NCBI GenBank assembly: GCA_964276515.1 | Contig: OZ193909.1 | Location: 16,988,001-17,052,000, forward strand | Origin: Gordius albopunctatus | Taxonomy: Eukaryota | Direction of reading: 5' to 3' | DNA length: 64,000 nucleotides | In this document: one piece after another, positions 1-12,537 of the stretch | Position numbering within the stretch: the first letter of the stretch is position 1 | Layout of the letters: each line of letters opens with the position of its first letter | Program-made: the position numbers and the translations under genes | The notes under the pieces: generated by a model | Databases searched by the model: none | The model's input: the letters and a program-made list of their open reading frames with translations, nothing else | What the model was told of the DNA's origin: nothing

Positions 1-2099
1 GAAGTCAATATAATCGCAAATAATGCACGGATTTGTTTTGGATGTGTAGTATGACACGCTTCACTGATGCATTCATCCCAATGATTATCGTGTTCTAATA
101 GATGCATAGCTTGGCATGCACTGCGGAAAGTGCGATGTACAACACCGTCGACCACTTTTAATTCTTGGAAACATGTAGGACCACGTACATTAATTAAAAG
201 CATGCGAAGAAAGAAACATTCATCTTGATTGAGATGGATAGTGTATAGTCGGCCTATCGCATCATCTTCGAATATGTCAGGGTGTCCATCGACACGCTTT
301 CCACGTTTGCGACGGCAAAACGATCTGCTACGCGAATTCCATGTGTAGTAGGTAGGTACCTCTGAATAGAGCAGCGTCTGCGCAAAAACACCATGTTGGC
401 ATAGCTTGAAGAAAGCTGTGAGCGTTGTGTCGGGGGGGGGGGGGTTTAAGGCAATTTGTTGGACATTAGCATTTGTAAAATAAACTCGCTGCCCATTTTC
501 TAGATGCACGGCTAAGTGAACCACAGTAGGACTACGGTCATGTATGGGAAGGGATAGAATACGCCACACAGCTTCATTACTGCTAATGTATCATCCAGCC
601 TGATACTGTGCGATTTCATCACATCCAGCAACGCACAGATCCAAATACCTCATGCTTAACAATGAGATTAACCATTGATTTAAGTTTTTGCCGGAAAACA
701 CGGCGGTAATGTCATGCCTATCGATAGGTAATTGACCAGGAAACAAAAGGTCTTTTATGTCGTCCCACGCTGGGTTGCATGTAAAAGTTATAAATAGATC
801 CGGACGACCGTATTTACGAACATACGCAATTGAATCTTGAGCGTATTCATGCATATGGCGTGGACTTCCTGTATAAGATGAAGGAAAAATGGTTAATCTC
901 CCAACGTTAATGGTATTAGAGTCGTTACGAAGAGCATCTCGCAAATGGATATATTCTTCTGAGCGAAGTTTAGGCTGATTTAAGCGGATGTATAGCAAAC
1001 GCTCCGATTCAATTTTGGCATACATATCCTCGATGTATTGGTGGAATAATTGCCGGCATTTTAAAATAAAATTGTCCCCGTCCGCTCGAATCATTATTCT
1101 GTATGAATAATAGTTCATAGCGCTGCATTTTGAGTTTGTAGGTTCGCCATTGATTGGATTTATCATCTTAACGTTAAAGTGATATCCGTCAGCACCATCC
1201 CAAAATATAATTTGTAGGGGGTCATAGCAGCGATGAGTATCAGAAACTTGTGTCAAAGCATTGTTTCTCCTATGAAGCACAATGTCTCTAGGTTGAAATT
1301 GATCCCCAACTATAACAATGGCGACTTCATGTATAGTTGGGGCATTAAATCTTCTCCCATGTTCTCCCGGAGGAGTTTTGTCAGCATGAATGACTATTTT
1401 GTGGGTATCTGAAGGCATTATGTCCAGTGCAGTTTTGAATAAACGCACTAAAATATTATTAGCATGAAGCAGCAACTGAAGCTGTGAAACGATGGATCTT
1501 TTTAAACCGCTAAAAATGTCGAGGCGTGCACCTAATTCTATCTCATCATCTCCGATAAAATATAGTTGTAGGAACTTATGTTGCCCTTCTGGCAATGGAA
1601 GGAGGGATCCGGCTTTATGATAAATTTGACCTTTTACCTTGAATGTAGGCATGAATTGTGTGGTTACAACATCAGCGCCAAACGACGTCATTTGGAAACA
1701 GGAGTTGTATTTCCTGATGTTAGATAGAAAATGTTTAGAATCAGTGGTATAACCAGCCAGCAACGTTTTTAATGGCTCAGGCGGTTCTGCAAGGTGAGGC
1801 AGTTTAACTTTTCCGGCTGCGCAACACATTCCAGTCGTTTCTCCAGCGAATTTCAAGGCATTGCAATGAGGACACACAATAGACATAGTACCAATGAGAA
1901 CATGGCGACGTAAACTTTCAATATTAGATGGGTAAGAAAATGCTAGGCGGTTGCCTGTGGGTAATGGCTGAGCACGTGAAGGTGGCTGAGGCAGAGTTTT
2001 AGACTGTTGTAGTTCATTTTCAAGCTCAAGAGCACGCAATCGGCGCACTCGATCAGTATTTCGTGTTTTACGTCCAATAGATGTTTTCTTGGGGCGCAT
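1..2099 (-). pseudogene. Helitron Rep/Helicase, disrupted
   Basis: Motifs CPHCNALKF..MCC..GKVKLP, FQMTSFG, GQIYH..GSLLP, LFHQY..DMYAKIESERL, PSSYTGSPRHM, YGRPDLFITFTCNPAW. After a frameshift (~701) it reads VFRQKLKSMVNLIVKHEVFGSVRCWM, then DEIAQYQAG*YISSNEAVWRILSLPIHDRSPTVVHLAVHLENGQRVYF. Beyond the poly-G tract: TTLTAFFKLCQ...GRLYTIH...FFLRMLLINVRGPTCFQEL...TFRSACQAMHLLEHDNHW. Confidence 0.93.
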
Positions 2100-2159
2100 G
2101 AATCTAAATTCGATATACTAAGAAAATGAAAAATACATAAATAAGTCGAATTTTTTTTA

Positions 2160-3175
2160 AAGTAAAACTTGTTTTTATTAAATGAAACTTTGTATGCTAA
2201 AAATTTATTAAAGTAAAAATGTAGTGTAATAATAGTATAATGTTTCCCTATGTATTAAAAACGTTCAATAGTATTTTACAAAGATAAATTTAAAGTTTGA
2301 AGTTTTAATCAAATATGGGTAAAAAGATATAACAAATTTAAATGTGGGGTAAAAAATACCATAGAAATGCTCTTAGTTTGAAAAAATATTTCTAATATAA
2401 AATTGTTAAGGTAACTTAAACAGCAGTGATTTCAGTTGTTTCTAATGCATGATGTGTTGTTTTCTTGGGTTTAGACTTTTCAGAAATATAAGGCAACACA
2501 TGGAGAAATTATTTGTAATATCTTGAAGTGGGCTTAAATAATTATTAAAGCATAAATGTAGTGTAATGAAATTGAGGTTACTTAAACAGCAGTGATTTCA
2601 GTTGTTTCTAATGCATGGTGTGTTGTGTTCTTGGGTTTAGACTTTTTAGACTTTTCAGAAATATAAGGCAACATATGGAGAAATTATTTGTAATATCTTG
2701 AAGTGGGCTGTTTTTATTAAATGAAACTTTGTATGCTAAAAAATTATTAAAGTAAAAATGTAGTGAAATAAAATAGAGGTTACTTAAACAGCAGTGATTT
2801 CAGTTGTTTCTAATGCATGATGTGTTGTGTTCTTGGGTTTAGACTTTTCAGAAATATAAGGCAACATATGGAGAAATTATTTGTAATATCTTGAAGTGGG
2901 CTTAAATAATTATTAAAGCGAAAATGTAGTGTAATAAAATTGAGGTTACTTAAACAGCAGTGATTTCAGTTGTTTCTAATGCATGATGTGTTGTGTTCTT
3001 GGGTTTAGACGGCAACATATGGAGAAATTATTTGTAATATCTTGAAGTGGGCTGTTTTTATTAAATGAAACTTTGTATGATAAAAAATTATTAAAGTAAA
3101 AATGTAGTGTAATACCCACTTCAAGATATTACAAATAATTTCTCCATATGTTGCCTTATATTTCTTGAAAGTCTT
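2160..3175. repeat. Tandem minisatellite (~4 copies of a ~120-bp core plus variable spacer) with one partial inverted copy
   Basis: Core 'aaacagcagtgatttcagttgtttctaatgcatgatgtg...gtaatatcttgaagtgggc' at ~2418, 2584, 2786 and 2952. Reverse-complement copy 'cccacttcaagatattacaaataatttctccatatgttgcc' at ~3115-3175. Confidence 0.9.
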
Positions 3176-4500
3176 AAAGTCTTTTTTATATTATAAAATT
3201 TTTGATGTTTTACGGTTTTTAATTATTTAGTTGTAACAGATATATATATATTGTAAAAAAGAACCCAAAGGTGAATAAAAATAGTGAAATATGTGACAAA
3301 AGATTAGTAGAAAAACATTTAAAACTATGAGCACAACTCTAACATAAAATAATAATCGAGATAAGCATTACAGCTGACATCCGCTAGATGGCGCCAACCA
3401 AATTAAAAAACATGGTTCCCGCTGTCGCAGCTTGATAAAAAGTATCTATAAACCATCTACAATAATAAGGCAATAATCGGACCAAATTTGGTGGCAATCG
3501 GTTGAGAACTCTAAAAGTTATTAGCGTACAAAAAAACGGGACTTAGATTTATATATATATAGATTGTTATAAATATTGTGATTGCATTGCCAATTTTAAA
3601 CATAATTCAATTCACCGTATTTTAATAGTACCCACCAAGTTTTATATGCATCAGGTATTATAATTTTAGGAGTGTGAGGTGTGGAGCTGTTATAGTTTTC
3701 TATTAATTTAAAATTTCAGAATTTATGACATTATAGAACGGTGGAGAGTCTATTATTATAATCATTCTATAGTGCTATTAGTTTGTAAATTCTGGTCATT
3801 GCCCTTTGAGTAGCGAGAGGTCGTTTTCGACTGCTGGGACTTTTATAGAAGATATATAATGGTGATTAGGACGCAAAATTGTAAATGCGCCAATATATAT
3901 AAATATATGTACATATAATTATAATATATCGTCTAAGTAAATTGTGGCATCAATTAGTTTTTGATAGCTCCCACTTTACTTGTCAAAAATATTTTGATCA
4001 TCGCAAATTTTTGACTTTCGGGTCGGGTCTGTGGGATACAGTCGAAACGCATTCGGGTCGGTTCAGATTGTGGTTGAAAACTTTAAAACGCTTTTGGGTC
4101 GGGTTCGGGGTAAAACAAAGTGACTTTGCAGGCCTCTAATATATTTATGGTATTAAATAATTAATATAAGTATGTATAGTAGTGATTTAATACTTTGTAT
4201 AAAATCGGTAGGGTATGGATTGATAAAATAGATGGAGGGAAATGGAACGCAATGTTACGGACAATTATAGCCCATCACCATAAAAAAAACAAAGTTGAGA
4301 TAAATCACAAAAAAAATAAAACTGTGATGGAAAAGTTTATTAAAATCATTTTCATTGATATGTGTTTTCCTCGTCTATATCGTAAATCATGTTGTTTGAA
4401 TGCGTTATTATTATTCAAATAACTTTTATTGATAACTTTAAATAACATTTATCAATACACCGTATATTTTACTCGTCTATAAAAACTCACTAGTGCTTGT

Positions 4501-6149
4501 CAAGGGCGTAGCCAGGATTTGCTAGAGGGGGGGGGGTTTAAAATTTTTGAAGCCATATTTTTTTTGGAAGTAATTTTATTTTTGACATATATTATTGAAA
4601 GTAAAGTAAAAATACAACAAAAATAAATTATAATATAACAAAATATTTAAAAACTATAAACAATTAATATCGACGTTTTTTAGATAAAAATGCATTAATA
4701 ATATCTTCTGTTTTGGGGGTATATTGTCTATGTACATTTAACAAGGTTAATCCAGTAAGCCTAAATTAAAAATTAGTAAAACCATTTAATTTACCTTTCT
4801 TGTCCCATTGTGTTCCTGAGGTAAGTTTTTAGTCTTTTTAAAGCTGAAAAACATCTCTCATTAGAGCATGTTGTAACGGGGAGTGTGGCTAAAATATGGT
4901 ATAATGTTTTTATATTTGGATGTAATTTTAATTTGGACGCATGATTGGTTAATGTTTCCAATGCAGCATTGGTAGGCAAATTCTCTAATTCACAGTCCTT
5001 GAACGACTGATACCACAATTTAATATCCGATTTGAATTGTTCTTGACAGCCGTCAAGATCTTCTTCATAAAAATTTGCCAATTGAAGAAAGTTATTTAAT
5101 ATCTCTGTTGAGAGCATGACAGGGGACTTAATTAGAAGGGAATCAAATCCCAACAGTATTTGCTTGTTTTTTAGAAACCTTTCATCAAGTTCCACCAAAA
5201 CCGCATCTAAAAAGGAGTTATGCAACGAAACTCTGTAATAAGTTTCTGGACAAGATGTTTCAATGTTTGAACGAAGAGTTTGTCGTGAGGCTCTCCTAGG
5301 AATAGTAATTTTGAAATCATATATATCTCCTAGTGACGAGACATCATTGTAGATTGTTTTAAATTCTTCTTGGGAATTTTCCCGCAAATGTTGAATCTGT
5401 ATAAACGCATTTTCGGCTGCATTTATGGCATGAGAAAGGTCTATATTAATCTTTTGCAAATAATTGCTAAGATTAATAGTCTAAGAGAAAATTTGATTTA
5501 GCATGTACAAAGACAGCCAAAAGTTGGATGTCCTTAATGATGAAAGCAAAATCGCCGCATTGGACGATGATTCTTCATCGTCCCATTCACACATCTCCTC
5601 CAAGGTAGCAAATATTGCTTCCTTCGCTTCACAGAATCTTTGAACATGATTGTGCTTTTGTGTACATCTAGTTTCACACAGTGATATTAATTTTGTGAAT
5701 TTAGGGTTATCCGACAATGGCAATACTTTAGAAGTGAAAAGATTAAATCTTTTGGGGGTTGATATAAAATCAGTGATTTTTTTGACAAGAATATTTGTAT
5801 CTTTCTCCTCAGAAATGCAAATGTTACTCTTTTTAGGGAAGTATGTATAAATGGAATATCGCTTCATAATAAGGCGCGGAACTTAAATTTACAAATAAGA
5901 TCAGTTTGGAAGCTTTTAATCAAAAATACAAATTCCGAAATTCAAAATTTATTAACTTGTCGACTTAATTTTTTAACATATATATATATAAATATAAACG
6001 CAGCACTTGACACTAGCTAAATTAATTATAATCATGATTATCAATAATTTTGTGTTGACAATAATTTTGTGTTGTATTTGGAAAAAAATAATATCCAGGA
6101 GGAGGGGGTGGGGTTCAAACCCGAAAACCCCCCCTTCCCTACGCGCTTG
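4501..6149 (-). mobile_element. hAT DNA transposon, internally deleted/defective
   Basis: Termini caagggcgtag / ctacgcgcttg (imperfect TIR) with G-rich/C-rich subterminal blocks, enclosing transposase remnants. The TSD is only partly recognisable. Confidence 0.7.
4664..5800 (-). pseudogene. hAT transposase C-terminal half (PRKRIR/ZMYM-like type) with hATC dimerisation domain; 34-nt intron at 4761-4794
   Basis: LCETRC (decayed LCxTRW), PRRASRQTLRSN..ETYYR..FLD..L.ERF, TLPVTTCSNERCFSALKRLKTYLRNTMGQER. After splicing: LTGLTLLNVHRQYTPKTEDIINAFLSKKRRY*. In-frame stop at ~5481. Confidence 0.88.
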
Positions 6150-6760
6150 CTTGTATTTATCGGGAATAGTGTGTTTTGAAATCGTTGTTATTTTTCCAAA
6201 GAGCTAACTCTCAAGTTGTTAACAACCAATTAGAGACTCTATATATTTATAATGTTAATATACAATATATAAAAAAGACATAAATTTTAAATTGGTGACC
6301 AACAAAGGATAAATGTTATTTTCAGCGTTACCAACATCTCTAAAAACAAGGTTATTAACCAGCAATTCAAAACATAAACTTGTTTATTTGTGTAGGTTCA
6401 TGTTGTTTAACATAAATTATTAATGACATTTGACTTTACAGGAGAATAATAAAATCTTTGCAAATGGGTATTTCCAATAGAATAACGATAAACTAAATGA
6501 TCTGCCTTATTTTATTTAGTTTTAGTAATAAATGAAATAACAATAATCATTTATTGATACTATAATATTAAAAATATTTACGGTTGAAAAGTCACTCATA
6601 CATAATAAAAACATCACGTTGCATATAAATAGTGGAAAAATTATTAAACATTATATGATATTTATCATTACAAATTATTTTTAGTATTATTATTATTATA
6701 GTAAAAAATTATTAATTTATTACAATATATAACTTAATTATGATAGAGCGAATTGCTGTG

Positions 6761-8065
6761 TTAGCGAGGTTGGTGCATCGTGGGTGACCAGGAGGAAATT
6801 ATAGAAAACAAAGTGCTAATAGCTTCTATACTTTTGTCCCATGCTATTCGCCTGTAGACCGGATTAAAAATGCAATTTATGAAAAAAGTGCAACTAACGT
6901 AGAAAAATTGCAACATCGTGACAAAAATATAAAGAGACGCCAAATTTTGACGACTAGTGTTATAAACTAAATAATCCAAACACATCTGGGTTAGCGAGAC
7001 TGGTAAGACCAAAAATAAAAATTCAAATGTGAGCACAATTAGCGTTTTTTTATGTTGTTGATTTTCGGCTTGTTGCCTCCTATACCTCATTATTTGAGCA
7101 TTAGGAATAGTATTTGCTGTTAGAGTGTTTATGGTATTTGAATTACTCTGACAATTTCTGGCACTCCCGTTGTCTGGTGGTAAATTGGGAGTTGTAGCAT
7201 TAGATGTAACTTGACGTGAATTAAGTACCAAGCCTATCTGTCTCCTGCGACGCATCATCATAAACTTTAGACATAACACGGATATGAATGGAATGATGTT
7301 TATAAAAAGTTCTCGCGATATCTGATAGCCTTCCCAGGCAATCAAATGTAAGATTCCTAAACTTAGAGGCTTCTCGTGTCGCCAGTCATAAGCATAAATA
7401 GTATGATATTTGATTTTATTTTTGGTGTAATGAGTCGGACATATGATTACTTGGTAACTTACGAACCAACGGTAGGTAGGCAAGTGCCACAGGATGGAGT
7501 ATATAAGAACGGAGATTATAGTGATGTTGATTAGCTTTATCGTCACGTATCTTTGATATTGAAAGGGCCAAAGGACAGCCGTAGCTTGTGTCACAAAGAA
7601 AATAACGTACACGAGAAAACCAAAGGCAATTAGTGGTTTAGTGATTGGGTAATTATAATGAGCCATGTAAGTGATCCATGCTTTACTCACCCATATACTT
7701 CCTAATTGAGTGGTCCCATAAAGCTTTAAAATTGGTGACAAAACTAAAAACAACGAATTTATGAGATTTATGGAAAAAAACCATTTTAGCAAATATTGGT
7801 TGACACCCAATTTTTTCATATTACCATATTTTTGCGATTGTATTCTTGCGCAGCTCGTTGCATCTTGAGTATCGTTTGATCTATAATCTGACGAAATATT
7901 AAATGAAGTCATGTATATTCCCAAACTATTTCCCAAAATGCCTGCTAAGAGTAAAAAGCACCCCAAGATAATGTTAATGAGGTTCAGTATGTTCCTGTGA
8001 AATAAATTAACCGATTTATAGGGAGTGCAATTAGTAGTAGTAGTAGTATTGAATTCGATATCCAT
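6761..8065 (-). CDS. Single-exon divergent rhodopsin-like (class A) GPCR, peptide-receptor/chemoreceptor-like orphan
   Basis: 434-aa open frame with about 7 hydrophobic segments. N-terminal glycosylation sequons (NTT, NCT), TM1 GILGN, post-TM3 AVLWP, TM5 IIPF, TM6 FLFLVLP, TM7/H8 FFINCIFNPVYRR. Confidence 0.85.
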   Translation of the reverse strand: MDIEFNTTTTTNCTPYKSVNLFHRNILNLINIILGCFLLLAGILGNSLGIYMTSFNISSDYRSNDTQDATSCARIQSQKYGNMKKLGVNQYLLKWFFSINLINSLFLVLSPILKLYGTTQLGSIWVSKAWITYMAHYNYPITKPLIAFGFLVYVIFFVTQATAVLWPFQYQRYVTIKLINITIISVLIYSILWHLPTYRWFVSYQVIICPTHYTKNKIKYHTIYAYDWRHEKPLSLGILHLIAWEGYQISRELFINIIPFISVLCLKFMMMRRRRQIGLVLNSRQVTSNATTPNLPPDNGSARNCQSNSNTINTLTANTIPNAQIMRYRRQQAENQQHKKTLIVLTFEFLFLVLPVSLTQMCLDYLVYNTSRQNLASLYIFVTMLQFFYVSCTFFINCIFNPVYRRIAWDKSIEAISTLFSIISSWSPTMHQPR

Positions 8066-11000
8066 TTAGTGATAGTAATCCTAAAGTTAGGCGCAAAACA
8101 AATAATTGATCTTATTACAAAATAGCAGAGTTTAGCATTTCAGTAAGCAATTCAGAAAGAGAATAAATAATTTATGAATTTTTTAGTCTAGATAAATAAT
8201 TTATTATTATAAAATAATCAATATCGATTGGTCACAGAATTTAAATTAAATAAGGATTGCCTATACTATGAATTAGGTGAATTCTTATAACTTACAAATA
8301 ACATATATCTGTTAATTAATTTTAATGAACGGAACCTTTGAAAACGACACGTGCTAATTAATTCTGGCACGTTATTTTAAGTTTAAACCCACTTGAATAT
8401 TTTAGTCAAATATTTTAGCTTCGTACGTATATAACTTTATTAATACAAATCATTAAATAATAAAATGAAGTTAATTAATGATCATTAGCTACTTAAATAT
8501 ATTATTCATAAACATTAACTTCTATTGCGTCTCCTTTCCAAAAATTACAAGGTATAAAACTCATGTTGCTAGTTCAGTACCAAGTATAGAACACCCCACT
8601 TTATTTTTATTACAATTAAATAATTTTGATCTATATTTTTTCGACCTTTTATTTGGAAACTCGTGGAGAATTTTTATGAATTTTTTTTTGGAAACACCCA
8701 GCCCAATTATCGAATTAGATTAATTTATATACGTGGACAAGGCGAGTTTGGAAGAGAGTAATACTCTTAGCTTTTTAATCATTGTTTTAGAAATTGGGTT
8801 ATGTCTGCATCTTGTCTTAAAATAAAAAAGCACGAACCATCAAAGCCATATGTTTATTTAAAAATTGATTAACAAATTATATAACTTTTTCTTGACTTTT
8901 ATAATATATAGATATATAGAGCCGATAAAAATATATATTGGTTTAAAAGGTTGATTTCTAGTTCTAAATAGGCTTTAAAGTTGTATTTGACTATAAGAAA
9001 TGTTACTTTTGTGCAAGTTAAATAAAGTGTGTGTTCCTATATAAGTTTAATCATTCGCCATGTGTTGGTGTCCATAAGTACTCAATGTTGTCAACCCGTT
9101 ACTGACCGAGTTTGATCATATGGTTTATAATTGTTTGTATTAAAATTTAAGCATAGTTCAAAGTAAACAACTTAATTCACCATCCTCTAATAATCGGGAT
9201 TTTTACATATTGTTAGAATAATTAGATAATATCTATTAATATATGTTGTACAAAAATAATAATAATATTTAAACAGCAAAAGCAAATTGTAAAATTATTC
9301 GAGTCTTTTTATTCGTTATTTAATCGTTCCGCTGAAGTCTAAAATTGTCACTCATTTGATTTGAATTTGTAAAAATCTGACTAAAAAACTTCAGTACATA
9401 TAATAAGACACACAATAAGCTAAATTAATATAAATAGAATAAAAAAATAATATAGTCAGAAAGACATCAGCCTTTAATGTCTTAATTAGTAAAAGTTTTG
9501 TCAAAAGTTGCTGTATCCTCAATTTAACATTTTTCCTATTTCCTTAATAAAATATATATTAAAATTCCTTTCATTTTGAAAATTTTATTTTAAAGTAGAA
9601 TTCTATATATTAAATACATTTCTAACCCTTATTCTTTCCTTGATAAACTACTTTATTGAATATATCATAACAAATACACACACATGAATATAAAAATTAA
9701 CTACAGTTTATTTCTATCATCTGCATTTGTACCGCCCAAATCATTCTCAAATAAACGTTTCTCTGAGTCTTAAAAATCCGTATATGAAAATATTCAATTT
9801 ATTAACAAATATATATATATAATATTATTTTATAAATTCGAAAAGTAATATTGCCAAATAAGTTTCATATTTTAGACGTTTTTTCTGCATTTAAAATTTA
9901 CAGTCCAATTGAAAAATCATGTAGGAATCGTAAATTTTTAGATGCAAAAATCTTTGGAACAATAATAAGTCTTTAGCGGATGATAAAGTTTGTAGATGGT
10001 GGCCTAGCTAATATTTATCACTTGGGGGGAGGGGGGGTGAACTTAAACTTGTCTTGTGGGCAGTGGTCAATGGCGATTTAAAAAAAAGTCCTTACCATTT
10101 CTCAAACTTAATAATCAGATATTCCTTTGTGTAATTTCTGTTTCAAAATTTACTTGAACTTGTACCTTTTTAAGTCCATATTAATATTAAGTTCACAAGT
10201 TTGGTATTTTTCCTCTTAATTTCACCTTACACCTCCTACATATGAGCAAGCGAAATTATAGACCTGCAACGCTCCTCTTTAAGTCAATCAGCCCGCCAGT
10301 TACCAATATATAAATCCTTGGCCGGCCCTATAAAAATAATAAATGATAAACCGGTTCCGCTAATTCTTTACATCGAGCACGGTATCGTATACAAAAACAT
10401 TTATTTTGCATATTTTGATATTCGCTTCTACTTTTTTTATTAAATAAATGTATTATAGATGTTAATGATAATCATCGCGTAACAAATTGTACTTACTAAT
10501 TTTAAATTAGTCTTAGAGGGGGGCAATAATGAGTTAGGGCGGGGCAAAAGGATCATTTTTTTAAACATTTACCCATAATTTTTGTTTTTAGAGGGGGGCA
10601 GCCGCTCCTCCCTGCCCCCCACCCCCCTTGGCAAAAACCTACTGTAAAATGTATAGATTTGCCCCCTTGCCACGTCATTGTTTGTAGACCTATAATTTTG
10701 GCAAGAAGCAAACATTTTGGGTATCAACTAACATTGTTAAACGTATATGATGCTTCTTAAAGCATTTCCGTTATATTTTTATTGAGACTAATATTATCAA
10801 CACGAATTTAAAGGTTTTTGGAGTAGGTTGTAATGGGAAAGCTTTGTTGATTGACTTAATTGCTTCTTGAAATAGGGGAAAACTACACTTTTGTTATCCT
10901 ATCACACAAACGAAACGTCTATACTTCAATACATTTTTGGCCATTTAGATAAAAATAGTGTATATTCTCCTCTTTAATGGAATATTATATTTTGGCTATT

Positions 11001-11229
11001 ATTTGTAGTAAAGCAAGTATAATCATTTTGTTAATATTATTATGGCAGCATATACGGTAAAGTTGATCATTTTTGTTTACTATTTAATTATGTGCTACCG
11101 TAATTATAATAACCTATAATCGGCTTGATAAAATCACTTTTGATATGTTCTGATCTCTTATCCTCAATAAGTAGATATTTTTGACAGTATCGTTTAAATT
11201 AAATATTTATTTTGTTACTAGCCAATATG

Positions 11230-11432
11230 TAGAGTTGTTATATTGCTAACTTTCATCAACTCCAGCTACCATATGCTCGAGTTTCTGCTCGGCCCTCGAG
11301 CATTTTTATATGCTAATGCTCTTCCTAGTGCTCCGAACAGCGAGCACATATTGTGCTAACGCGCATATTAAGCAACTCAGTGTGCGTGCTCGCGTCTGGA
11401 GTTTGAAGAAAGTTAGCAATTTAACAACTCTA
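11230..11432. mobile_element. hAT-type MITE, family B
   Basis: ~25-bp TIR tagagttgtta(a/t)attgctaactttc; perfect 8-bp TSD ccaatatg. Other copies at 31658 and 33207. Confidence 0.92.
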
Positions 11433-11560
11433 CCAATATGAATAAAAAAATAAATGCACACGACAAAACTAAAATATGAGGCTAAAATGTTCAAAGATTT
11501 GGAATAAGAAAACCTTTAGCATTCCAGACTAAATGTTTTAGGTTTAATAATGCTATTGCT

Positions 11561-11723
11561 CATGAGCGTAGCCAGCATTGGAATTAGAGGGGGGGGGCAA
11601 TAATGATTTAGGAAGGGGCATTTGTAAAATTTTAGCCCCATAATTTTAATAAATTTCAACAAATTTTTTGATTAAGAGGGGGCAGCCGCTCGTCCCTGCC
11701 CCCCCCCCTTGGCTACGCCTATG
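11561..11723. mobile_element. hAT-type MITE, family A (catgggcgtagcc...ggctacgcccatg)
   Basis: TIR catgagcgtagcc / ggctacgcctatg; TSD ctattgct/ctagtgct (7/8). Many related copies or fragments, e.g. ~10510, 20773, 22060, 23301, 24441, 26230, 28621, 33195, 45780, 47890, 49220, 52830, 53070, 53540. Confidence 0.88.
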
Positions 11724-12537
11724 CTAGTGCTTGAAGCCATCGACAATAGCCTTGGTATATAAATAACATTAAAAAATAATTATATTAAGTTACGGTTCTG
11801 TAATTTAATTCAAAGAGAAGAAATGCAATGTTCAACAAATCATTGCTTAAGGCTCGTAAAATAAGATTTTAACACAAACCATTAATTTATCAACTCTATG
11901 TTCCTGATCTTGCTCCCATCTTAAAGCTACATGGCGCTTGAATTTAAGGTATTGAAAGGGTTGGTTCAAATTGGCATTTGTCCAAAATATAAAATAAATT
12001 ACTGTCATTGGATTTTTTATAGAATTAATAAATTTTTGAAGACATATAAAGTTCGGCAGGAAAGGAATGCGACTTCTATCATCTGCTAAGCGGCCTATCC
12101 TATCATCAATTAGTTTGATACGTTTATAATTTTAGTATCCCCAAGCGGCGAACCTAATTATTTAATTATTACCAATTTTTAGATATATCCCTATGAGCGG
12201 GGAATGCAAGAAGCACGAGCTCCCTACTTTGTTCAAATTTCGGCATGGCATAGCTATTAAGCACTGCGCTATCTATTCGCCATAATAATAATTATAAGCT
12301 TTATTATGGCTATTTTTTCTTTTTTATTAAAAAAGGGCTCCCGTTTTAAAAGTTTAAACCCTCAAGTTCAACTATAGAATAAAGTTTAAGCACTATTATA
12401 TTTAATAGGAATTCTGCCTATACCGTTACAGAGATAGGTACACGATTCCGAGCGCTACTTTACTCTGAGATTATGAAGACAGTGTGGAGAGCAAATGACA
12501 CAAGTGAACGATAATGGTTTTAATGACTTTCAAGTTT

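Larger units (their letters stand above)
1..3563 (-). mobile_element. Helitron (defective), 5' end at 3563, running off the left edge of the window
   Basis: Minus strand reads A|TCTATATATATATAAATC at 3564/3563, a canonical Helitron 5' TC terminus after an A. This is followed by a tandem-repeat region and Rep/Hel coding sequence continuing to base 1. Confidence 0.85.

Noticed and set aside
2400..3115. Regularly spaced repeats as a CRISPR array
   Set aside because: Units are >100 bp, spacers are themselves repeated, there are no cas genes, and the context is a eukaryotic Helitron.
8100..11200. Short AT-rich ORFs here and at 37-39 kb and 59-61 kb
   Set aside because: Low-complexity I/L/F/K/N composition, no motifs and no consistent splice structure.
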